Assembly: GCF_964355755.1 (NCBI RefSeq)
Contig: NC_092677.1
Span: forward strand, 25,841,175-25,905,174
DNA length: 64,000 nt
Origin: Antedon mediterranea
Taxonomy: Eukaryota > Animalia > Echinodermata
Direction: 5' to 3'
Shown: positions 13,501 to 23,800 of the stretch, piece after piece
Layout: the number at the start of each line of letters is the position of its first letter
Position numbering within the stretch: position 1 is the first letter of the stretch
Position numbers and translations under genes: made by a program
Notes under the pieces: model-generated
Databases searched by the model: none
The model's input: only the letters and a program-made list of their open reading frames with translations
What the model was told of the DNA's origin: nothing

Positions 13501-16500
13501 TTAATCTTAGCTTTCATCATAGCGTCCTAAACTTAGAATTTAGATACGGTTCCAACAAACCTGATATTTGACAAAACAGGTTTCCTTTAGCCCATTGACC
13601 CCTAAGTTTATTTTGCTCCCCTGGGACCCAAAAAGCATATGTCATATAATTAACCCTAACTTTTTTTCTAAACACAGACATTAAAAAAATTAAAAAACAA
13701 AAATAATTCAAAGGACATTTTATTTCCAAATATGTTATCAAATTTGTGTTACAACTTATTTTGGCGGAGTATGGATTATGCAAATTTTAGAAATATTTTA
13801 GGAAAATTATTAAAAATTTATAATTTATCTTTGACTACCAAATGCACAAAAATTAATAAATATTTCATAATAAAACTCATCTCTTCATCAGAACCTATTT
13901 CTTCTCTTCAAAATAAGACCAAACTTGACCATTATGAATGACCGGTTTCGAAATTATGAAGAAATTAGTAGACTGACTCATCCGACGATGACCATATGGG
14001 GCCTAGGCCTATCGGGAGCCGCCCCGAGAGCGTCCTCGCCGCTGTTTGTTCACCGGGAATGTTAAAAAAAACATCCCGAAAGCGACTTGGAATTCGCGAT
14101 TCCCACGCGCACCGGCATCCCTCGGGAGCTTAGTCCGCTGTTTTAGACGTGTAGCTTGCAGAAAATTTGACGAAAATGCGTCGAAAACTTATGAAATTAA
14201 AACAAGTTTGGTATCAAAATGTTTGTCAAGAGTTATGCTTCAATAAACTGACCTTTGCGCAGAGTTTGAACAAATATTTCATGCCCATAATGCATCTGAC
14301 ATGTCAGGGTTCATATTACAATCAAAGGTAAACAATATGGCGCGGCCCTCGTGAGGACATCTTCACGACTTTTCTCCGGTAGAAAAATCACATTTTTACA
14401 TGGAAATATGACGATTTAGACACTGTAACTGATATATAATCTTTATTTATTATACATTTATTGTATACAAGCTTCAAAATAGTGATTATTAGAAATAAAG
14501 ATGGATTTTAGACGATTTTACGTTGTATGTTTAGGCCTAGATTCATTCAACGCGCCTGTCGCGTTTCGAACAGCGTGCTTCGAAAAACGGTTATATTTTC
14601 GAATTTTATTTTCAAACTAACTTCAACAATTGTTTTTATATATTTAGAAGCATATTTTTAAAAAAAAAGTTGTGAGTATTTTGTATAATTTGTTGTTACG
14701 ATTCATGCACAGCAAACTGCGCATGTAAATTCGATTTACTTTTTTTTTGTTGAAAATTTGTTTACAATGACCTTGACTTTTAACCTTTTGAGCGCTTTAA
14801 GCGCTTATCGTGGTGAATCGGTTAGTGGGCAGTTTTAATGAACTTCATTTGCATACAGGAAGTAAAGGTCAAACTACCTACCACAGAGTTTTGTAAAGCA
14901 TTATAATTGCCACAAGGAGTAGTAAACATGGAAACAAGATAGACATTGATAAGGATGGTGGTCTTGTGTTGATGTTTGTGGTCTGTGGTTGACAAGAACC
15001 TCACCATTTAAGATAAACTATGACCTCAAATATTTCTGGCAAATTTATGTCAAGGAAATGACATTCATTAACGCCATATAATTTGCCTTTCTGACTTTTC
15101 CATCCAAAATTATTCCCCATTTCTCTACTTTATTCCCACTCTCTTCTAATATTTAGAAATAAGATTATTCAAATGGTATAAACATTTTGCGTAAGGGCGT
15201 GTAGTGCAGTGCGTTGGATGTTGGATTACCGATCATGAGCATGGTTCAAATCCAACTCTCGCCGTGCTTATATTACTTACGTTCTCTCCACCCAGGTGTA
15301 TAAATGGGTACTTGGTTAGATCAAGACACAACTTTGCGCTGATTACTAGCTGCATTATGGGAGTATGTTTCTATACGTGTTTAATAATGATTGTGAAGCG
15401 CCTTTGAGCACGATTACTCATGAAAAGGGCGCTATAGAAATGTGGTATATAATTATTAACTTATTCCCCATTTCTCCACCAACTTTACTTTACTCTCCAC
15501 TCTCTTATATTTAGAAATAAGATTATTAAAATGGTAAACATTTAAAATTAAGTATGTTACTTACCTACAACCATCAGTGTATATTCAAAGCCCCTTTTCA
15601 CTGATCTCCTGTAAACCTGATTAGGAAGATTAGCAAATCCCACATATCCCTCCATGTCTTTAGGTTTATTCTATAGAAAAAAAACACAAAAAATATTCAA
15701 TAAACAGAATTATTGTTTATATTTAGCAATATTTTCATTCGTTCATTCATTTTTTCATTCATTCAGGCGTATTGCCTGACTTTAATAACTTCTGGCCCTT
15801 AGAATCTTTAGTAAATCTTCAGGCAGTAGAACACAAGCCTTTTGGGACATCCCTATTAAGGGACACTTTCTTGTGAAATGAATGAGGAGCAATAAATATT
15901 TTTAACACTTCGGTCAACCCCTTTAATCTCAGAGCAGGATCGTAGCCACTAGTACCGTTGGCATGGTTTTAACCAGACCACTTTTTAACACAGGCTTTTG
16001 AAAAGTCATAGGCTTGAACAAAGATTTTCCCTTTTCTTGTGAAAACCAGACCACTTTATTTCAAAGTACTGTATGGATTTTACTGAAATAACTTAGGTGG
16101 TTGATCAATAGTCATCTAATTTTTATGTAAAACTTATTATTTTTATTTATGAATAAATTTTTATTTATTTTTTTGGCATAGTGTTACACAGTTTGTACTG
16201 TATAAGATATTCTTATGAGTTACAGTATGTCTGTTATTATAAATATATAAAAGAATCACTATCTATAAACAAGGGGCGTGCCCATTGTATCTAACCCACT
16301 AAAACCCATTTAATTTTCCCTCGGATACTTACCGCTAAAGATGATATTCCAATATGATGGTCCCCAGAAGATTTGGTTGATGATGAAGAAGCAGGCATAA
16401 TCACAAAATATAGGTCACAAGAAAAGGCGAAAAATTAAACAAAAATGAAAATTAGCTTATTACGTAATAATATAATGTAGAATTAAACTTCTGGTTGGCG

Positions 16501-17268
16501 TCACATCTAGTAAGAAATTGTCTTCTTCACAAATGAATAATTTATTATCACAAGTTTTAACAACAAAGAAAACTTTATATGAAATTGTTCTGGCAAAACT
16601 TTGTATTAATATTATATTTCTCTGCTGAGAAAAATTTATTAATTCCAAAAAAACCAATAACCTCTATGACGTGCTGACCACAGTGTATATAATCCAATAT
16701 GAGCAGGAAGTCGAATATATCCCGTTTGTAAAGTGGTATTCTACCGGCGTGCGTGTGGAGGAGGTATATCACACAAAAAGGCATTGAAAGGGCGAGGCCA
16801 GGCTGGCGGCGCTCTACGACCGACAACCAAACACACTACATGTGTGCATGATGCTAGGCTAAAACTACTTACTAACAAAACAAGAACAGTTACCAAAAAT
16901 GACCTAATTTACGTATATCATTAGCCTAACGATCCGCCTAATTAAATGTTAATAACAGTGACAGAACAGAAGTATTCGTTATGGTTAACTCTCAGTTGCA
17001 CTCGTCACAGGCTAAGCTAGGCAGGCGATAACTCATCGGCCTGTAAAAGTACATATCATGGCCCTACCACCACCTCTCTTTAGGCAGCGAGCTAGGCTAG
17101 CACTCGTCGGAGATCATGATCACCAGACAAAGTTTAGTCAAATAATGCATCACATTGTAATTAAAAATATACTGTTTTAATAACAAATGCATAATTTATC
17201 ATTTATCTTTCACATAATAAACCGGATATTGTCAACAAACTTTAATTTAAAACAATTATCTTACCCAT
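1555..17268 (-). CDS. SEPT7: Septin-7, 5' part (gene continues beyond the window start)
   Basis: Exon 15565-15670 encodes [36 protein letters not shown]. Exon 1555-1661 encodes (G)[35 protein letters not shown] with the P-loop GESGLGKS. Both have AG/GT borders and matching phase 1 across a 13.9-kb intron. Candidate starts are ATGG|GTAAG at 17265-17268 and an MPASSSS...SLA exon at 16333-16398. Confidence 0.93.
2785..3016. mobile_element. High-copy Harbinger-like MITE (family H1) with an internal 21-bp repeat
   Basis: TIR AGCTCTGTCTACACTATCAAACT. Other full or partial copies start near 3830, 4600, 4967, 6114, 7352, 9321, 11380, 18955, 23506, 24482, 25044, 26210, 30980, 31341, 31765, 32338, 32606, 35145, 36584, 36764, 45925, 61847, 62665 and 63911. 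Confidence 0.9.
4160..4533. mobile_element. Harbinger-like MITE (second family)
   Basis: About 35-bp TIR AGCCGATTTTCCACTAGGCGAATTTGTTCGCGCGAAT versus ATTCGCGCGAACAAATTCCCCTAGTGGAAAATAGGCT, with TWA flanks. Confidence 0.85.
6760..7075 (+). repeat. Polypurine 18-bp minisatellite with G-quadruplex/triplex potential
   Basis: About 15 units of GGGGAGGGGAAAGAAAAT. Confidence 0.9.
8698..8905. mobile_element. Penelope-like inverted-repeat (hairpin) remnant with an (AGGCT)n centre
   Basis: Arms of about 80-90 bp (ATTTCAATATAAAAT...GACGTTTCGGTACCAT...CAAGATCAAGTGAATACAAAACA and its reverse complement) containing CGAAACGTC. Confidence 0.65.
9321..9739. mobile_element. MITE H1 copy with an expanded 21-bp minisatellite (about 14 units)
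   Basis: TAA TSD at 9318-9320 and 9740-9742. The unit AAATATGGTAGTGATATGCCT spans about 9373-9662. Confidence 0.92.
12076..13404. mobile_element. Non-autonomous hAT-like element with a 6-bp TSD
   Basis: TIR CAGGGCATCA...TGATGCCCTG. TACAAT is duplicated at 12070-12075 and 13405-13410. Subterminal GGAGAGC/GCTCTCC motif clusters occur at both ends. Confidence 0.85.
15194..15458 (+). mobile_element. tRNA-derived SINE with an L2-like 3' tail
   Basis: B box GGTTCAAATCC, conserved core CTCTCCACCCAGGTGTATAAATGGGTAC, and tail GTGAAGCGCCTTTGAG...AAAAGGGCGCTATAGAAAT. Confidence 0.8.
16333..16398 (-). CDS. SEPT7: Septin-7 alternative N-terminal coding exon ([22 protein letters not shown])
   Basis: 66 nt from ATG to a strong G|GTAAGT donor, phase 0, in frame with exon 15565-15670. 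Confidence 0.6.
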
Positions 17269-17866
17269 TTCTATGTTTACGGTGTATTTCCTAATAAAAT
17301 ATCCTGTGGCACACACTGCACCCTCCGCGAAAAGTCTGGTGGTGGCATGCGCAGAACTTTAAATCAGAATCAATTATAGAGGGGGCAATACATTTTTTTT
17401 TGCTGAGGTACAGTATTTTTTTAAAGACAACAGGTCATCAAAGTAAAAAAATCACCACACATTAATTAAACAATAAATCAATAATAATATAACAATATTA
17501 ATAATACTTTAATCTACAAAATGTATGTACAATCTTCTTCAATAGGCTGGAATAGGTATACTGTAGCTTAGGCCTACTATTATACATTCACTTTAAAAAT
17601 ATTTATTTTTATAATAAATAAAAATAATTATTTTATTTTAATGTATACTGTACAGTATAAAGTAAAGGTTCCAAATTTTTTTTAATGGAGCTTATATACA
17701 ATTCAATGATGACTTTTCTGCTACATTCCTTTACATTAAAAAAAATATATTAAATGATAGTAATGATCATTTTATACTAAATCTGTGTAAAGATAGATTG
17801 AATGTCTATGTAATACCAAGCGTGAGCAGAATTTGTACATGACGGAACACTTCTCTGCTGAAATCC

Positions 17867-20800
17867 TCATTGTTTTGTTGGCTCATTTGATACCAACGAC
17901 TGGCTAGATACAAAATACTTCTGCGATGTCTTTAACATAAGCAAAATGGGTTGATGCATCTCATCATAAATATCGATCGGACTTGGAAAAGGGTTCATGT
18001 ACAATGTCTTCATCGGAAGATCGATTCTATTTGTAAAGTTATATAATCCGTCTGGTTGTAATTTACGCAAGTTCTGATTGATTGGTGGAAGACGAAGATC
18101 TGAAAAAGAATAAGAAGTTGGTGTAGTTCTTAGATGGTTAACAAAACCCCACCGGTTTGGTTACAGCTGGCGCGAGTTATAAGCTTACCAACTGTGAGGG
18201 CAGTTTCTCTCTTTGCACGGCATTTACTTGTGTGTGTTTCCCCAAGACGTACCAAACTTGGTTTACTAAATGAAGAGAAATAAAAAACACATTATTTTCC
18301 TATATAACAAATAAGGAACCTTGTTAAAACTGCATTTTGTTTACTCTTTACCTGTTTACTGTGCTTAATTAAACATCCTGAGGCTGAAATCCAACTTTAC
18401 CACCATTCTAAAGTTTTGTGAAGCCCTTTTATACTATTTTATTACCACATGTTTACTATGCTATCACTTTACATTTTTGTGTTTTTAATCTTCAGGAAAC
18501 CCAATTTCATGTTCACCAATATTGTTTTTGTTTGTTTGTTGTTTGTTTTTATTTCTTTGTACACACACAACATTTACATTTACATCGAAAGAAAAAAATT
18601 ATACTATTAAAAAAAAGTGTGCAGAAGGAGCCCAAAATAAGTTTGGAGACAAACTTTAAGTCACGGCCAAAAATAACAAAATATTGAAGGCATAGTAGCC
18701 CAGTGTTCATGACACAATTAAGATTTATCTTATCTTATCGTACATAATATTTCCTATCCCATAATAGTTACTGTTATTAACAAACTAGAAATGAACATAA
18801 AAAAACCACAGCATTGCAAAAAATTGTAATTAAACCTCCAACCTGCGTCTATCATTGAATATTGAGTGCGATCGTTCTCTTTGATGTCTAATTCAAAATG
18901 TAAAATACAAAAAAGTTGCATAATTAAATTTAAATCACATTTGATAAAACACTAAATCTCTGTCTACACTATCAAATTAGTTTGACAAAAAAGGGTGTGA
19001 TGTGCCCAAATATGGTACTGATAGTCCATATATTGGCACATCACGGGTTTTTTTTGTCACATAAAGTTTGATAGTGCAGACAGAGCAAGAGAAGGACTTT
19101 CAGTGAACTCTCCCATTATGACACTACCACTATCATAACTGGTTCCCTAAATGTCTGGTTATCCTTAATAATAGTTTCAGTTGAATAGAGCTTTTAAGAA
19201 AACCTGATCATGCAACAGTACATTCAATCATTAAAATGGGACAGACTAATGCATGGTACAAGATAATCAACCAATCAAATAGCAAGTACTGTATACTTAA
19301 TATTATTTAATTAATTATTCCTAAACACTGCACTTAAAATTTCTACCAAATTACCTTGTTCTCATATCTCTGAATGCAGACAAATAAAAATAAATAAAAT
19401 CAATTAAATATTCATACCAACACAGATAATTTTCTGATAAACAAAGGTGGCCAATAAATGCACCAATAACTATTAATTCAATGGTGCATGGAGAAAAAGA
19501 AAAAAAAAACGTTTCATTTAGATTTTCACTCCTTGAAAATGATTTCAGAGAATTAGAGTTTTGTTGTTATATATTTAGGCAAATTGCCAAGGATAACCAT
19601 AAGTGACTTCATTCACTATCCTTCTTAAAGGTGCCAATCCCGTTCACAAGACAAATATATACACAAGATGCTCTACATAAACAAAGTCTTATTACAAGTC
19701 TTTGAGAGTGGAGTTATAATTTTTCATTAGAAAACATCCAGACATGACAAGGCTTGAACATAGGACCTTTGGATTGGTAGCCAAGCATCATAACCACCAA
19801 ACCACAACTGTAGTGGAGTGGATGGAACAACCAAAAAGCTTGGGATGTCAGTTTAATCATAACACATCTCGCATAACAATTACAATTATATAATAATAAT
19901 AATTATATTAATTTTAGTCTGTTTTTTTGTACTATTTTTATACAACTGTACCTGTCGTGCTTCAGTTTGGTTTTCTTGGTCTGACGTTCTCTATGATTTA
20001 TTAAATAAAACAAACTGTGCTTAATAAAGTCCATATTAAGAGAATTTCTAAGAATATTTCTATAAATACAGGGGCGGATCCAGCATTATAGATTAGCAAA
20101 AAAATAAAAATAGTCATTATTTTATTTTAAAAAGTTAAATTTTAGGGAGGGGGTCAAAGCCTGTTTAATCCCCGCCTAAATCCGTGCCTGGATGGAATAT
20201 GCCTACACTAGCATATTTGCATTTCAATCAACTCATCTCATAAAAACAACTTTTATTTCTATCAATGGAACAATCCTAATCTAAAAGACGTTCACATTAA
20301 AATGCGCAGTAAAATTGCTATATTCATTTTATTATAATATGAATAGTAAAGGTTAATGCCCGCCTCATTTAATATATATTTCTAACTACCTGTACATTAA
20401 TTATTGTATATATTAAATTAAATAACAAATGATTCGCAATATACCTTTGGAGTTCTTCAAACAAGTCTCTGAGTGAGATAAAAGACAAATATTTGTATGT
20501 ATAATTGTATGTACAGTATTAAACTATTAAGTAAGTAAAGCTATAATATGGAATAAACAATTGCCAGACAAACAAACCGAAATAAACAAATAAAGATTAG
20601 TTTTTTTACATCACTATGTGTGTACACATTATAACATAGGATAAAAGGACACTTCCAGATTTGGAGAATAAATAAACAATGTCTGCTGGATGAGGCAGAC
20701 AAGGCACTCGCCTCGTCTGAAATTTCACCATCCACGCCAAATCGCCAGCAGAGATCGTCATATTTTATATTAATAATTATATTTAATGCATTTTTGCCTT

Positions 20801-23800
20801 GTCTGTTTTTAACCTCTCGCTACGGCCTTGCCATGTATTTCATTCCTGGGGTATATATCACTTCTTTATATACAGTTATATAAAGATAACAAAATACAAA
20901 ACTAGGTAACACATTGACACTGCAATCATCAATATTAAATATAAACTATACCTCGATGTCTTTTGCTCAGCAGAAGCAGTCCTAGTTGAAGCAGATTTAA
21001 AATAATATTTTAAAATATTTAATATTTAAATTAAAACTGTGTAATATCCAAACAAATTTCATTTTTTGGTCATCTATTTAAAATTCCTAATTAAACCATA
21101 TTTTACTAAGATATTAATTTTTACCTTAAATTTCTAGCCCCTTCTAGCATATCAACCTGTTCCATTCTTATGAAGAAAAAGGTCAAAATAATATCAATAA
21201 CATAGACTAATCAAAATAGTTTTTCATTCATTAAAAAAAAACCCTTTTTTCATAATTAAAACTTATTCATTTTTCTAGCCACAAAGAATAAACTTTTAAT
21301 TAAATTATACTATATTATTTTAATTAAATGTAGTGTTTCCTACCTGCTCTCTACCTCATCAACAACTGCCGGATCCAAATCACTTAGCAATATAACAAAA
21401 ATATCAAATTATTAACGAAAGAAAACCTAAACCAATCAGCGATAGTGTTACACATATGAAAAAAAATCTAAACCAATCAGTGATAGTGTTACATAAGGAA
21501 ATAAACTCTCAACCAATCAGCAAAGTGTTACATACATTTAAATGAGATCAACAATTGTTCAAAAACCAATCAATAGACCACAAATTTATAAACTGAAACA
21601 AAATCAGTAAAATTCACTCACTCAATTAATTTCAATCAATGAATCCAAAAATGTTTCCATAAATCAATAGTCAATCAAACCAATCAATCAATCGATAACA
21701 ATTAATTACAATCAATAAAAACAAATACATAAGTATTTCAGTCAAACCCAATCAATTACTCAGGGAGAAAAATAATCAATAGTCAATATTGAAAACCACA
21801 AATAATCATAATCAATTAGCTCAGTTAATACATCACAACTGATATTCAATGCATCCAAAATCAATCAATCAATCAATTAGTTACTACTCAATAAATGACA
21901 ACCGATTATAAATCAATTAATCAATAATCAATAAGTTACTACTCAGTTAATACATCAAAACTGATAATCAATGCATCCAAAATCAATCAATCAATCAATT
22001 AGTTACTACTCAATAAATGACAACTGAAAATTAATCAATCAATCACAATCAATCAATCAATCAATTAGTTACTACTCAATAAATAACTGAAAATGAATCA
22101 ATCAATCACAATCAATCAATCAATCAATTAGTTACTACTCAATAAATAACAACTGAAAATGAATCAATCAATCACAATCAGTCAATCACAATCAATCAAT
22201 CAATCAAATAGTTACAACTCAATAAATAAAAACTGATAATCAGTCACAATCAATCAATTAGTTAATACTCAGTTAATACATCACAACTGATAACCAATGC
22301 ATACAAAATCAATCATAAACAATTAATCAATAACAACTGATAATCAATCAATCAATCAATTAATCAATAGCAATATTGCATATTATTAAATACAAAGATT
22401 TAGACAAATAGTATAAATATTAAATACTAAAAAGGAACAATAAGAATACAAATGTGTTTTCTTCCTTTTACAGTAAATACTTACATTATTATTGATTATT
22501 ATGAGTGCAAAATTAATTTCATATTAGTATATCACACTCAAACTTTAAAATTAAAGAAATTAGAACAGAACTATAATAAATTGCAACTAAAGTACAAACA
22601 ATGCCACCAGGCAAAGTTTTGCATTCTTAAAAAAAAACCAGAGTGCATCAATATGAGAGAATCACACTAAAAAATAACACTATTACAGAGATCAGGATGT
22701 ACAGAGACTGCAAATAAGACATTACCTCTGTTGAATAACATTAGTAACTGATCCACTAATTTTTCAAATAAAAGAAAATCATATAATAACATACTAAATA
22801 TGGACTACTTTATACACTCCTTTAGGAGGATGGTGTGGAGGTTGGTTGGACACCCAGTTGATACTAAAAACACAAACCAACTACAAGGGTATCAGTTCAA
22901 GAGAACCAACGACGGCCATCCAGCAAAACCCGGCAAACCCTAGAGAGGAGATAGGCACCACTGGGAGATATGGCTTATGCCTGTGTATCACATCATGATG
23001 AGTACTACTACTAATTCCTTTATGGAAGGACTTGGTGCACGGTATCTCATCTGCTATGCCCCTATGATCCTCTAGGTCATGGGCCAACTAGAGCTAGATA
23101 CACGAATTTGTTGAGTTGGTTTACAAAACACGTGGACACATTATAAAGTTAAGTGGACTAGGAATGATGGTTAAAGTTGAGAATTAACAATTCGATGATA
23201 AACTGCAACTACACATACATTTTTACCTAGATTCTGACAAAAATACTGATAAACTATTTCTGGTGGTGGTATAAAGTTTACGAGAGACAATACTCAACTT
23301 GTTTAGTATGACTTAATTTTATGTATACATTTTTAATTTACATACTAACCTCTCGATCGAAGAAATGTGATATTAACATGAATTCCGCTAGAACACAGAC
23401 CAGGCTGCTCGTCAGCTCAGTTAAATGCTTTGAACTGATACCCCAAGCAGTACAAAGCAGATAGAGTACAAAACAGAGTGACATCACATGTGATACCATT
23501 TCTTAAGCTCTGTCTACACTATCAAACATAAAAAAAATGTGATGTGCCCATATATGGACATGATAATGTCATATCACTACCATATAAGGCATATCACTGC
23601 CATATTTAGGCACATCACACTTTTTTTGTCAAACAAGTTTTATAGTATAGACAGAGTTTTAGAAGATATTCATGGTTAGTTGAATACTCATGGGTCAACC
23701 ATAACGGTTTATTCCGAAAAGCCTAAACAAATTGTTTGCAATAAACCACCACTCTTTTATCCTAAAAAAATTAAATGTTTTTCAGATTTAAAATTCTTTT

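Noticed and set aside
22800-23110. GC-richer block within the microexon intron as an extra exon or ncRNA
   Set aside because: No convincing splice sites or RNA family motif. It is probably a retroelement or SINE remnant that I cannot classify.
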